A stretch of 64,000 nt of DNA from Candidatus Saccharimonadales bacterium (lineage in GTDB: Bacteria > Patescibacteriota > Saccharimonadia > UBA4664 > DATIHN01): NCBI GenBank assembly GCA_035480635.1, contig DATIHN010000025.1, forward strand, positions 12,384 to 76,383, written 5' to 3'. The notes under the pieces are model-generated. The model searched no databases. It was not told the DNA's origin and worked only from the letters and a program-made list of their open reading frames with translations. This document shows, piece by piece, positions 9,873 through 19,284 of this stretch. Every line of letters begins with the position of its first letter. The stretch's first letter is position 1. Position numbers and translations under genes: made by a program.

Positions 9873-11234
9873 CTAAGTTCCCCAATGAGCGGCCAAGATC
9901 GATAGATCAAATATATTGACCCTTAGGTCACCGTTTAGATCACCTTGTGCTGCCGTAGCCGAATTAGAACCATAATTACTGGCGAGAACACTTAAATCAA
10001 ATATGTTCACCTGACCATCGCCATTAATATCGCCAACCTTAGGTGGACCAGAACTACTACTTATCAAGAAAGAATTGTTGCTTATATCCCAGTTGTTAGC
10101 TAAATATGAGCCTGCAGCAGGTGAAGTGTTAAAGTAATCATCATCATTACAATCTAATAAATGTTCCTGGGTGTTATCACACGGGAAAGTAAGGACTTGG
10201 CCAGTTTTTAACGTACCATCGTCGTAACACATGGTGTCAGATTCATCTGTGCAATGCCCGCCAGGGGTACCATGAGGTGCTGCTGGCTGAACAGCGCCTA
10301 AAAGATGGCTGAGTTCATGAGCTTCGCTCATATGGCTGCCAGGCCCGGTTCCTAGGCCCCAACAACCTTGGTCGACTCTGGCAAACAGTACACTGGTATT
10401 GCCACCATTATTGGAGTTGGTTTGGGCTGGGTTGGTGTCAACTGATAAGTTGGCTATGCCACAGAGAATATTGGCATCAGTCCAGACCAAGTATTTTCGG
10501 GTGGTCAGGTTATATCCCAGACCGATCAAAGCGCTTTTCTCGCTGTTAAATGAATCGTCTGCGGTCGGTGGCAATACGACATGGGCGACGACCAAGTTGC
10601 AGGATGGATCTGTAACCCAGCGGACATGCCGAACCCCGCCGGTCTTGGCGGCTGAATCAAAGAATACACCATCGACCTCAGCGGCCCAGGTTTGAATCAT
10701 TGGCGCAATCGTGGCGTAACGGTCAGTTTTATCGGAGGCCACTGCGTAAATAGCTTGAACGCGGTTGCCGCTAACGCCGTCGCCATCACACAAAATAGAA
10801 CCATTGCCAGCCGTAATAACCGTGCCTGTTGGTGGGGTGGTATCGGCCGATACCCCGGCTCTGAGTTGTGCTTCGCTGCGCGGCTTAGTCACATCAACAC
10901 CAGGTGGAGCTGGATCCGGGCCATGAGTGCAAGTCAGGCTCTCAGTCGGGTTATTTTGAGGCAACTCATAAAGACTTTTACATTTGCCGTTAGCTGGGCC
11001 TTTTCGTAAACCAGTATAAACTAAACCTTTGCTGGGATTGTCGGACGGAATCTGGCCACTCGGACCGGTCTGGGCTAATGTAGTCCTAAGCAAGGCTGCC
11101 CCAAACCCCGCCGTCAACAGTATCAAAATAGCTAGTAACGTCTTACTAAACGGCAGTGAGTGCCTCAGTTTATTATCGTTTTGCTCGTCCAAACCTAATA
11201 ACTCCACTCTGCGATTCGCGTTATGGTATCGCAA
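9873..11234 (-). CDS. Exported zincin-like (HExxH) protein with C-terminal dockerin domain; start uncertain
   Basis: Hydrophobic signal/TM segment, AHELSHLLGAV, duplicated GD(I/L)NGD..VNIFDLS(V/I)LA. Confidence 0.8.
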   Translation of the reverse strand: MRYHNANRRVELLGLDEQNDNKLRHSLPFSKTLLAILILLTAGFGAALLRTTLAQTGPSGQIPSDNPSKGLVYTGLRKGPANGKCKSLYELPQNNPTESLTCTHGPDPAPPGVDVTKPRSEAQLRAGVSADTTPPTGTVITAGNGSILCDGDGVSGNRVQAIYAVASDKTDRYATIAPMIQTWAAEVDGVFFDSAAKTGGVRHVRWVTDPSCNLVVAHVVLPPTADDSFNSEKSALIGLGYNLTTRKYLVWTDANILCGIANLSVDTNPAQTNSNNGGNTSVLFARVDQGCWGLGTGPGSHMSEAHELSHLLGAVQPAAPHGTPGGHCTDESDTMCYDDGTLKTGQVLTFPCDNTQEHLLDCNDDDYFNTSPAAGSYLANNWDISNNSFLISSSSGPPKVGDINGDGQVNIFDLSVLASNYGSNSATAAQGDLNGDLRVNIFDLSILAAHWGT

Positions 11235-11322
11235 ACATTATAAACCGAGCTTAAGCGTTATGCATAATGAATAAATTGGCAGAGCATTCTAATAGAAGTC
11301 ATAACTAATATACGATACGAAA

Positions 11323-11383
11323 ACACCTTGCAGTTTGCGAGTTGACCACCGAAGTGGAAACGTTTTCGCAAACCGCAAGGTGT
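11323..11383 (-). terminator. Long hairpin with internal cUUCGg loop downstream of the 11398-11721 gene
   Basis: ACACCTTGCAGTTTGCGA / TCGCAAACCGCAAGGTGT inverted repeat with inner CCAC-TTCG-GTGG on minus strand. Confidence 0.65.
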
Positions 11384-11397
11384 ATGGTGCCGACTGT

Positions 11398-11721
11398 TCA
11401 GTCGGGGGGTTGGCCAAACTCGCGGATTGATCGCCGGTCGGTACCTCGTTTGAATCGCGACACAACGGCCGGGTCATCTGGGCGATGCGGGCCTGCATCG
11501 GGGTCACCGTCGCCATGCTCTTGCCTGTACTGCCCGAAGTCATCGGCTAGGCCGAGGAGATCATCGCAGTACTCTGGATCCATACCCAGAAGGCGACTTT
11601 CTGCAGCCAGCGCACGAATTGCCACCGGAGTGGCTGGATCCCTGGCGCCTAAGACCAAGTATGGCCAATCAGGCACCGTGCCGTCGCGCCTAACAACCAG
11701 GAATTTATTCCAGAGCTTCAA
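11398..11721 (-). CDS. Hypothetical protein (phage-like, GC-rich)
   Basis: GAGGAGG SD 5 nt before TTG; KFLVVRRDG..YLVLGARDP. Confidence 0.75.
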   Translation of the reverse strand: MKLWNKFLVVRRDGTVPDWPYLVLGARDPATPVAIRALAAESRLLGMDPEYCDDLLGLADDFGQYRQEHGDGDPDAGPHRPDDPAVVSRFKRGTDRRSIREFGQPPD

Positions 11722-11778
11722 ATTATCCTCCTCGATTTGCCAGTACTGAAGCGCGACGATTTGTCGTGCTCCCGATTC

Positions 11779-11885
11779 TGGCAGGGGTGGCAGGATACGG
11801 GCTTGGCTTCGCCAACCCTAGCTGCTCGCTATTAATCTTAAGGGTTGTAAGCGATCTAGTCGAACCAGTCGGGTTCTCATCCTAC
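11779..11885 (-). repeat. tRNA-linked structured repeat ending in an 18-bp copy of the tRNA-Trp 3' end
   Basis: TGGCAGGGGTGGCAGGAT at 11779-11796 is identical to 11931-11948. Confidence 0.8.
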
Positions 11886-11930
11886 TTTTCATATCAAGAA
11901 ATATCGCCGACAATAGTCAGCAACATTTCT

Positions 11931-12007
11931 TGGCAGGGGTGGCAGGATTCGAACCCGCGGCCTTCGGTTTTGGAGACCGACGCTCTAGCCAACTGAGCTA
12001 CACCCCT
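11931..12007 (-). tRNA. tRNA-Trp (CCA)
   Basis: AGGGGTGTAGCTCAGTTGGCTAGAGCGTCGGTCT-CCA-AAACCGA..GTTCGAATCCTGCCACCCCTGCCA. Confidence 0.97.
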
Positions 12008-12051
12008 CTGTGGGCTAGTGATTAGCTTAAGCCCAATTGTATCACTAGCTC

Positions 12052-12213
12052 TTACTTGGACTCTTTGAACTCTACGACCTTTTGGAGCTTCTTGGAATAC
12101 TTGTTTAGCACCAATCGATCCGGAGAATTCTTCGGATTCTTTGAGGTCGTATATACGGTTGTGGGGTCCTCATCGCTTCTTAGCTGGATGAATGGACGAT
12201 TTCGTTTTGGCAT
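12052..12213 (-). CDS. rpmG: 50S ribosomal protein L33 (Cys-less, Zn-independent type)
   Basis: MPKRNRPFIQL..YTTSKNPKNSPDRLVLNKYS..EFKESK; AGGAG SD. Confidence 0.93.
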   Translation of the reverse strand: MPKRNRPFIQLRSDEDPTTVYTTSKNPKNSPDRLVLNKYSKKLQKVVEFKESK

Positions 12214-12341
12214 ATTACTTTCTCCTGTTGAATTTCTTACCGCGACACAAACCAAGGAGCTGTTTGTGGTGCGGAGAGCGAGGCTTTGCGGCGTAAGCTG
12301 GAACCAGGCAGGGCTGGTGTAAGCTGAAGCCCAAAACGAGC

Positions 12342-12416
<75 letters not shown>

Positions 12417-12417
12417 C

Positions 12418-12504
12418 TGGTGCCGGGTGAGAGATTCGAACTCCCGAAGGCATAAAGCCAGCTGATTTACAGTCAGCCCCCGTTGGCCGCTTGGGTAACC
12501 CGGC
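12418..12504 (-). tRNA. tRNA-Tyr (GTA)
   Basis: GCCGGGTTACCCAAGCGGCCAACGGGGGCTGACT-GTA-AATCAGC, long variable arm, CCA end. Confidence 0.96.
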
Positions 12505-12519
12505 ATGTGATGTGTAAAC

Positions 12520-12595
12520 TGGAGCCGACGAGAGGAATCGAACCCCCAACCTACGGTTTACAAAACCGTTGCTCTACCAATTGAGCTACGTCGGC
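12520..12595 (-). tRNA. tRNA-Thr (TGT)
   Basis: GCCGACGTAGCTCAATTGGTAGAGCAACGGTTT-TGT-AAACCGT..GTCGGCTCCA. Confidence 0.97.
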
Positions 12596-12726
12596 GCATC
12601 GTTTCCGGCGTCGGCTGAACCAAGTAATAGTAACATCAAACAATAGCTTTATCAACCAGTTAATGAACCCACTAATCAACTTATTTTGTCATAGTATGCG
12701 CTTGTGAATATTGTTAAGCTTACAAT

Positions 12727-13884
12727 ATGAAAATTGTCGTAGTTGGCGGTGGTTTTGCCGGCGTCAGAGCTGCCTTAAGTTTAAGTAAACGTTCGGGTAA
12801 TCAGGTTATTTTAATGGCTAATCGTCCCTGTTTCGAGTACCACGCCGCACTTTACCGCACGTTAACGGGCCGTTCCGTTCTTGAAGTTTCTGTCCCGCTT
12901 AGCCGTATTTTTGGTCGTAAGCCAGTCGATGTGGTCGAAGACAGCGCCAAAACCATCGATGTAAAAGCCAAAGTTATCATCGGACAAAGCGGCCGCAGTT
13001 ATAGTTATGACGTAGCAGTCTTGGCTCCTGGCAATGTAACCGCCTATTTTGGCATCGAGGGCCTAGCTGAATATTCCTACAGCCTCAAAACCGTCGATGA
13101 CGCCCTGCGCCTGCGTAATCACCTGCATCACGCCTTGGTGTCAGGAGATGTCGATTTGAATTACGTCGTTGTCGGCGCTGGGCCTAGTGGCGTTGAGCTA
13201 GCCGGGGAAATGGTGGCCTATTTAAAGCGCATTCGTAAAAGGCATATGGTTGAAAGGTCATTCAACGTGTCATTGGTCGAAGCGGCTCCGAGGGTATTGC
13301 CGTCGCTAACGGAAGAAGTCTCGCGCCGGGCGACCAAACGTTTGAAGGCTATTGGAGTCAAAGTCTTTACCAACACAGCTGTTCGAGCCGAAACCGCTAA
13401 TGACCTGCAACTGCCCGAGGGAAGTATTAAAACTCACACCGTTATCTGGACAGCTGGAGTGACCGGTAACCCGTTTTTTACCGATAATCCCGACGTATTT
13501 AAGTTATCCAAAAAAGGTGGGCGAGTAGTCGTTGATAATAAACTAAGGGCAGCCAAAAATGTCTTTGTGATCGGTGATAGTGCTGACACACCAGAATCTG
13601 GCTGGGCCCAAACCGCTATTTATGACGCTAATTTTATTAGCAAAGTCATTGCCGGGCGCAACCCGACCTACAAACCGCCAAAGCCGATTGGAGCCATTCC
13701 GATTGGTGGTCGCTGGTGCATCGTTTCGGGACGCTTACGGGTTTTTTGGGGCTACCCGGGTTGGTTGGCCCGGCGGTGGTTAGACTGGTCAATATTTAGC
13801 CATGTACTTCCGAGCAGACTAGCTATCAAATCATGGGTCTATGGCACCAAGCGCGAAGAAAACTGCGAGGTCTGCTCCCACTAA
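12727..13884 (+). CDS. Type II NADH dehydrogenase-like FAD oxidoreductase
   Basis: VVVGGGFAG, second Rossmann VVGAGPSGVELAGE, VIWTAGV, FVIGD. Confidence 0.88.
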   Translation: MKIVVVGGGFAGVRAALSLSKRSGNQVILMANRPCFEYHAALYRTLTGRSVLEVSVPLSRIFGRKPVDVVEDSAKTIDVKAKVIIGQSGRSYSYDVAVLAPGNVTAYFGIEGLAEYSYSLKTVDDALRLRNHLHHALVSGDVDLNYVVVGAGPSGVELAGEMVAYLKRIRKRHMVERSFNVSLVEAAPRVLPSLTEEVSRRATKRLKAIGVKVFTNTAVRAETANDLQLPEGSIKTHTVIWTAGVTGNPFFTDNPDVFKLSKKGGRVVVDNKLRAAKNVFVIGDSADTPESGWAQTAIYDANFISKVIAGRNPTYKPPKPIGAIPIGGRWCIVSGRLRVFWGYPGWLARRWLDWSIFSHVLPSRLAIKSWVYGTKREENCEVCSH

Positions 13885-15191
13885 GGGGTCAGACGATTCA
13901 TGTCACGGGGGAAGAGGGTGGCTTCTTTAACGTTAGCCAGACCAAGCAACTTTTCGGTCAAGCGGTCCAAGCCCAAACCAAAACCAGCGTGAGCTGGCAT
14001 GCCAGCCTGCATAGCCATCAGGAAATACTTAAAGCCGGGATTTTTCGGGTCACCTCCCGCCATGGTCTTGAGCTGCTTAACCAATTGATCATAATTATTC
14101 TCTCGTGTGGAGCCCGTTACAATTTCGACGCCTCCTAAGAGTAAATCTATTCGATCCGCTAGCTTCGGATTAGTAGCTTGGGCTTTATGGTAAAATTTCA
14201 TATCGCTAGCCGGCCAATCGGTCACGTAAATGGCATCGCTTTTGAGGTGCTCGCGAGCAAAATCGCAAATCCAGCGCTCTTCATCGGGACGCAAATCTTT
14301 TTCGCCAATTGTTTTGGTGCCAGTAGCTTTAGTGTAGTGCTCGTGAATGTCCGCCATGGTCATAGCGGGAATTTGTTTGGGTAAGACCGGTTTCTGCGCT
14401 TTCAGTAAGTCCAATTCAGTCTTAGACTTGTCCCAAACCTCATCAACCACAAAGTTCATTAGACCACTTAAAAAAGCTTCTAAATCACCGATGTCCATAA
14501 AGCCCATTTCGCCATCAACTGAAGTGTATTCCGTCATGTGGCGGGTAGTGGCGCTTGGTTCCGCCCGATAGACTGGAGCAATCTCAAAAACCCGTTCATA
14601 GACGCCGACCATCATCTGCTTGTAGAATTGAGGGCTCTGGGCCAGGGTGGCTTCTCGGCCAAAGTAGTCGATTTTAAAAACGTCGGCTCCACCTTCGGTG
14701 GCAGCAGCCAGCAATTTGGGAGTATGAATTTCGGTGAAATCGTTTTGGTAAAAATAGTCTCGAATGGCCTTAGCAACAGCCGCCCTGACTTTGAAAATAG
14801 CGGCTTCGTGGGTGTTGCGTAAGCCGATCGGGCGGTACTCAAATAGGGTTTCAAGATTGTCTGATGCATGGCTGAGCGGTTTATCGATTTCAATGGGCGG
14901 AACCTCTGTGACTGGCACTAAGATCGTAATTTTTGGGTCCTGGAGTTCGGCTCCATTCATGGCTCGATCATCCGATTTGACGCTTCCAGTAAGTTCTAGA
15001 ACCGTACCAATTTGCATGCCATCCAACTTAGCTTGTTCTTTTACGTCGTGAATCACGGCTTGCACTAAACCGCTACGATCACGAACAATCACGAACATAA
15101 TACCACCCATGGCTCGCTTTTTGTGTAGCCAGCCCTGCACCATAATCTGCTTATCGCCATGTTTAGAAACGTCTCGAGCTAGTACACGCAT
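13881..15191 (-). CDS. aspS: Aspartate--tRNA ligase, short archaeal-type (probably non-discriminating)
   Basis: OB fold, TEGGA..F, LAQSPQFYKQ, YRAE, GFGLGLDR, LFPRD; 436 aa, no GAD insert. Confidence 0.92.
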   Translation of the reverse strand: MRVLARDVSKHGDKQIMVQGWLHKKRAMGGIMFVIVRDRSGLVQAVIHDVKEQAKLDGMQIGTVLELTGSVKSDDRAMNGAELQDPKITILVPVTEVPPIEIDKPLSHASDNLETLFEYRPIGLRNTHEAAIFKVRAAVAKAIRDYFYQNDFTEIHTPKLLAAATEGGADVFKIDYFGREATLAQSPQFYKQMMVGVYERVFEIAPVYRAEPSATTRHMTEYTSVDGEMGFMDIGDLEAFLSGLMNFVVDEVWDKSKTELDLLKAQKPVLPKQIPAMTMADIHEHYTKATGTKTIGEKDLRPDEERWICDFAREHLKSDAIYVTDWPASDMKFYHKAQATNPKLADRIDLLLGGVEIVTGSTRENNYDQLVKQLKTMAGGDPKNPGFKYFLMAMQAGMPAHAGFGLGLDRLTEKLLGLANVKEATLFPRDMNRLTP

Positions 15192-15241
15192 AATGGAGTT
15201 ATTATAAAGCAATTTGACTAATGTCGTAATGCTTATGGCAA

Positions 15242-15270
15242 TTGACAATACCACACTCCTGTGCTATACT
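15242..15270 (+). promoter_or_regulatory. Near-consensus sigma70 promoter with extended -10
   Basis: TTGACA-17 nt-TATACT with TG before the -10. Confidence 0.8.
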
Positions 15271-15324
15271 AGTCTTTATCTGTTGGGAAAGACCCAGCGG
15301 GAGCATCGAGTCACAGGAGTCATC

Positions 15325-15708
15325 GTGCACACAGAATGCAAGCGCCGTTTTGGACGTGGCATCGGCAACACCATCGTTGCGGTGGGAGCCCTGATGCTTT
15401 GGTCGACAGCTTCGACCTTCGATCACAGCCCCAGCTTTCCGGTTGGGCTGGCGTTTTGGACCTTGGCCGTCCTGAGCGCGGGCACGTTGGTCCGCTGGCT
15501 CTACTCCGAGCAGGAGTGCATTCGCCGCGACGCCAGATCCGCCAATCACCGCTACAGCCAGCTGTGTCGCAAACGCCTTGCGCGGGTTGAAGCGGCCAAC
15601 GGCGGCCCCGTTTTGACTACCGAGATGGTTCAAGACGAATTCCGTCTTACGTTCAACCGCGACATTTGCGGACCCTCGGTGCAGCCGGTTCCGGGACTGA
15701 GGCAATAG
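15325..15708 (+). CDS. Hypothetical 2-TM membrane protein (GC-rich)
   Basis: AGGAG SD before GTG 15325; two hydrophobic helices; long hairpin 15684-15725 over the stop. Confidence 0.7.
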   Translation: MHTECKRRFGRGIGNTIVAVGALMLWSTASTFDHSPSFPVGLAFWTLAVLSAGTLVRWLYSEQECIRRDARSANHRYSQLCRKRLARVEAANGGPVLTTEMVQDEFRLTFNRDICGPSVQPVPGLRQ

Positions 15709-15805
15709 CCTCGGCCCGGGCCGGCCAGCCCATGTGCTCATTCAAGCCTCAATTGAGGTTTTTTGTTTGCCTAAATACCCTGATAGCGGCTATGCTAATA
15801 CCAAG

Positions 15806-17470
15806 ATGGTGAGAAGTAGCAGTCAGGCTCAACTGGCTAATAAAGAAACTTATTATGAGACTGTGACCCGCAATGTGCGCTGGATCGCCATCGCCATTGT
15901 AATTTTAACTTTTCCACCCAGCCAGCCTCAATACAAATATTTGCTAGCAGCCACCATGGCTGCTGTTGTATTTAATAGCTTACGCTATTCGCGACTGATG
16001 CGCTCGAAGTTATTTGCCTCAAGAATTACCACTCTAGTGCTCGATAATCTTTTGATTGCGGTTTTGCTGTATTTGTCGGGCGGCATCCATAGCCCCTACG
16101 TTCTGTTTCTGGTTTTTACGATTATTTCATCGGCCTATTGGTATGGGGGACGTGGTATTGCGCTGGTCTTAGGCTGGCAAATCATGGCGCTTACTTTTAT
16201 GGCAATCTGGCAGCCCAAGGTTCTGTCGCTGAACCTTGCGACCAACTTAGCCATCATGATCTTTGCATTAGTCGCGCTAGCGGTGCTGGCCGAAAGATTA
16301 ACCCGGGTTGATCGCAATGAACGTAGTTTACTAGCTAGAGCTAATCACGAAATAGAAGCCGAACGTGAGCGCATGGTGACTCTAATAAATAGCTTGGCCG
16401 ATCCGGTTTTGGCAATTGATAATGTTGGTCAAATCACCGTCTACAATGGCGCGGCTTTAGATTTACTTAACACCAATCAACAGCTCAGCGGTGCGAAGAT
16501 TGCCCAATTAGTCCAACTCGAAGATGATAAGGGGCAGACTGTACCGTTTGAATCCATTATGGGCCATCCTAGCGTGCTCAAGCGGACCGACCTAATTCTA
16601 AGGCTAGCCGATGGCTCTTCGGTCAACCTGGATTTGAGCGTCGCACCTATCCGAGGCACCAACACTGGCGATCTAGGCTATATTTTACTGCTACGCGACA
16701 TCACCAAGCAAAAGTCGCTTGACCAAGAACGCGATGAATTTATTTCGGTAACTTCGCATGAACTAAGAACTCCCGTAGCCATCGCTGAAGCTAATCTCTC
16801 AACTGCGCTATTGCCCAACTTCGCCCACATTGACGCAAAAGCCCTGACCTTGCTCGACCAAGCCCACCAAAACATTATTTTTCTGGGACAGTTGATTAAA
16901 GATCTATCAACCCTATCTAAAGCCGAGCAGGGACGCTTAAAGATTGAGATTGAATCGATCGAGCCCGATCAGCTAATTGAGCAACTAGTTAATGATTATC
17001 AAGCCGAAGCTCACACCAAGGGGCTGGTCATCAAAAGCCATATCAAATCAAAACTAAAACCGATCTTGTCGAGTCCAAATTTGGTTCATGAAATCTTACA
17101 GAATTTGATTACCAACGCCCTCAAATACACCGAAAAAGGCACCATTACACTTTCGGCCGAACCAGGCGAAGACGCTAGCGGCGTGGTTTTTAGCGTGGCT
17201 GACACCGGCATTGGGATTAGTGTCACTGATCGAAAAAAACTCTTTACCAAATTTTACCGTTCAGAAGATTATCGGACTCGCAAAACCAATGGCACCGGAT
17301 TGGGTCTCTATATCACCAAGAAGCTAGCTGAACGCCTGGGCGCCAAGCTATCATTTACCTCCCAGCTGAATCGCGGCTCAGTTTTTAGCTTGTGGGTGCC
17401 TGCCATCAAAGATGCTAGCGAAGACCATCGTAGTGTGGTTAAAGCCACCACCTCTAAATTCTTCGATTAA
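15806..17470 (+). CDS. Multi-TM PAS-domain sensor histidine kinase
   Basis: SHELRTP H-box, NLITNALKY N-box, DTGIGIS G1, GTGLGL G2, PAS region; start uncertain. Confidence 0.93.
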   Translation: MVRSSSQAQLANKETYYETVTRNVRWIAIAIVILTFPPSQPQYKYLLAATMAAVVFNSLRYSRLMRSKLFASRITTLVLDNLLIAVLLYLSGGIHSPYVLFLVFTIISSAYWYGGRGIALVLGWQIMALTFMAIWQPKVLSLNLATNLAIMIFALVALAVLAERLTRVDRNERSLLARANHEIEAERERMVTLINSLADPVLAIDNVGQITVYNGAALDLLNTNQQLSGAKIAQLVQLEDDKGQTVPFESIMGHPSVLKRTDLILRLADGSSVNLDLSVAPIRGTNTGDLGYILLLRDITKQKSLDQERDEFISVTSHELRTPVAIAEANLSTALLPNFAHIDAKALTLLDQAHQNIIFLGQLIKDLSTLSKAEQGRLKIEIESIEPDQLIEQLVNDYQAEAHTKGLVIKSHIKSKLKPILSSPNLVHEILQNLITNALKYTEKGTITLSAEPGEDASGVVFSVADTGIGISVTDRKKLFTKFYRSEDYRTRKTNGTGLGLYITKKLAERLGAKLSFTSQLNRGSVFSLWVPAIKDASEDHRSVVKATTSKFFD

Positions 17471-18177
17471 GTAGGATTAGTAGGGGTACGGTGCCGGCGG
17501 CCCAATAGCACAGTGCCGAAAAAGAAGCTAAAAACCACAATGTAGACGCCGTAAACTGTCGGTGAGTTATTTTGCCCGCGTAAGACCAAAGTGTTGTAGA
17601 GCCCACTCACACCACCCGAGAGAACAATGGTGGCAAGGCCAAAACTTCGCAGTTTACCCATTAAGCTGCGACTGGCCCGAGACAGCGAATAAATATAAAA
17701 GGACGCCACCACAAACACTATCGACAGCAGAGCATCAAGCCGGAGGGCTAGGGTCGGCCAGCTATAGGTCAGAGCCCCGTTCTCGAGCACTACAGTGGTA
17801 TTCCAGATGTTTATGACGTACAAACAATAGACGACTAAGGATAGAGCCAAAGTCGGCAGAAATAGCCAAAGAAAGTTAAATCGCTTGTAGAAACCGATGT
17901 ACCAAATAATACGGGCCAGCACTAAAACCAGGCCGTAATAGCCGATATCACCAATATTTGTGGCTAGCCTAAGGGCATTCAAATTTTCGGTAAAGAGATA
18001 GGGGATAGAGTTGGCGTAAAAAAAGACGGCTCCACCTATGCCACTGAGAATAAAATATTTTGTGATTGGGGCTGGGACTTTGCGATAACTACTAACCCCC
18101 CAAATTACCAGGGCCACTAATACGGTGCCACCCAGAATGTAGGCTGCATTGATTGGATAGATGTGCAGTAGCGTCAC
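17467..18177 (-). CDS. Hypothetical ~7-TM membrane protein
   Basis: About seven hydrophobic segments, no soluble domain. Confidence 0.7.
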   Translation of the reverse strand: MTLLHIYPINAAYILGGTVLVALVIWGVSSYRKVPAPITKYFILSGIGGAVFFYANSIPYLFTENLNALRLATNIGDIGYYGLVLVLARIIWYIGFYKRFNFLWLFLPTLALSLVVYCLYVINIWNTTVVLENGALTYSWPTLALRLDALLSIVFVVASFYIYSLSRASRSLMGKLRSFGLATIVLSGGVSGLYNTLVLRGQNNSPTVYGVYIVVFSFFFGTVLLGRRHRTPTNPT

Positions 18178-18270
18178 AGGTTCATTTTAGGCCGTAGTCA
18201 GCCATCAGTAAAGCTGTTAGGCTTAAATTAGGGCCTGCTTAAGCTGTAACTATGAATAGACTTCGACTAA

Positions 18271-19170
18271 ATGTTTTCTAAGTTAAAACATCCGACCAAC
18301 CCAAATCGCTTCGACGTTTGCATTATTGGCGCCGGATCCGTTGGAGTCGAACAAGCCCTCAAGTTTTCCGCAAAACAAAGGGTGGCCATTGTCGATGATG
18401 GTTGGTTGGGCGGTCAGTTAACTCTGGCTGAACTGGTACTTGTCAGTTTGGAACGAGCCCAATCTCAGAGTATAGAGTCAGCCGAAGTAATGAGTTGGTT
18501 GCGCCTTGAGCTCTCAAACCAGGCTCAGCGCCTCGATACCAAAGGTCGACTCCAGTCCAGCGGAGTTACAATCTTGTCTGGCCCCGCGGTCTTTGCGAGT
18601 CTGAATGCAATTTCAATCAGAAATGTGCTCCACGAATCCAAAGCCTTCGTGGTTGCGACCGGTGTGAGTCCGATAATACCCGAGATCGATGGGTTGAATT
18701 CGGTTCGTTATTACACCTTGGTAAATTTTAAAGACCTAACCAAATTGCCATCTAGGCTAGTAGTTTTAGGCAGCGACCCAATGGGTCTAGGGCTAGCTAC
18801 GGCCGCCGCCCGGCTGGGCTGTCGGGTCTCAGTTTTAATGCCAAGTGATCAAAAAACCGATGCTTTGGACGCCGCTAAAGTTAGAAGTTCCGGTGTCAAT
18901 ATTATCAAAGTTGATGGAATTGGGAGTGTCGAAAAACTCCAAAAAGCAGTTAAAGTAAATTACCACGGAGGACTAGCTGTATCAGCTGTAGCGGCTGAGG
19001 TAATTGTGCTGGCCTATGGTTGGCAACCAAATCTGGGACTAGATTTGGTAAAAGCCAATGTTAATTTTAGTGAAAAAGGCATTCCCACTGATGCCCGCGG
19101 GCAGACCAATGTTAAAACGATTTTTGCGGCTGGGGCAGTTGCTAGGGCGGAAAAACCACCGCCTGACTAA
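18271..19170 (+). CDS. Degenerate pyridine nucleotide-disulfide oxidoreductase-like protein
   Basis: IIGAGSVG, VVATG, TNVKTIFAAG; lacks CxxxxC and the C-terminal dimerisation domain. Confidence 0.65.
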   Translation: MFSKLKHPTNPNRFDVCIIGAGSVGVEQALKFSAKQRVAIVDDGWLGGQLTLAELVLVSLERAQSQSIESAEVMSWLRLELSNQAQRLDTKGRLQSSGVTILSGPAVFASLNAISIRNVLHESKAFVVATGVSPIIPEIDGLNSVRYYTLVNFKDLTKLPSRLVVLGSDPMGLGLATAAARLGCRVSVLMPSDQKTDALDAAKVRSSGVNIIKVDGIGSVEKLQKAVKVNYHGGLAVSAVAAEVIVLAYGWQPNLGLDLVKANVNFSEKGIPTDARGQTNVKTIFAAGAVARAEKPPPD

Positions 19171-19284
19171 TTTGGGCATTCCTACAAATTACATCAACAA
19201 CTTAGCATTTGATTACCCGAACTAACTGTGGATAACGGCTTAATCAGATCGAAATAACGGGATAAATGTGCTTAAATAGTGCTA

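Noticed and set aside
11779-11948. Intact prophage or genomic island bounded by tRNA-Trp att repeats
   Set aside because: The repeats are only 152 bp apart and enclose no gene; reported as a tRNA-linked element instead
19227-19235. DnaA box (TGTGGATAA) as a sign of oriC
   Set aside because: Only one perfect box, with weak ones near 30289-30308; no cluster and no dnaA or dnaN nearby
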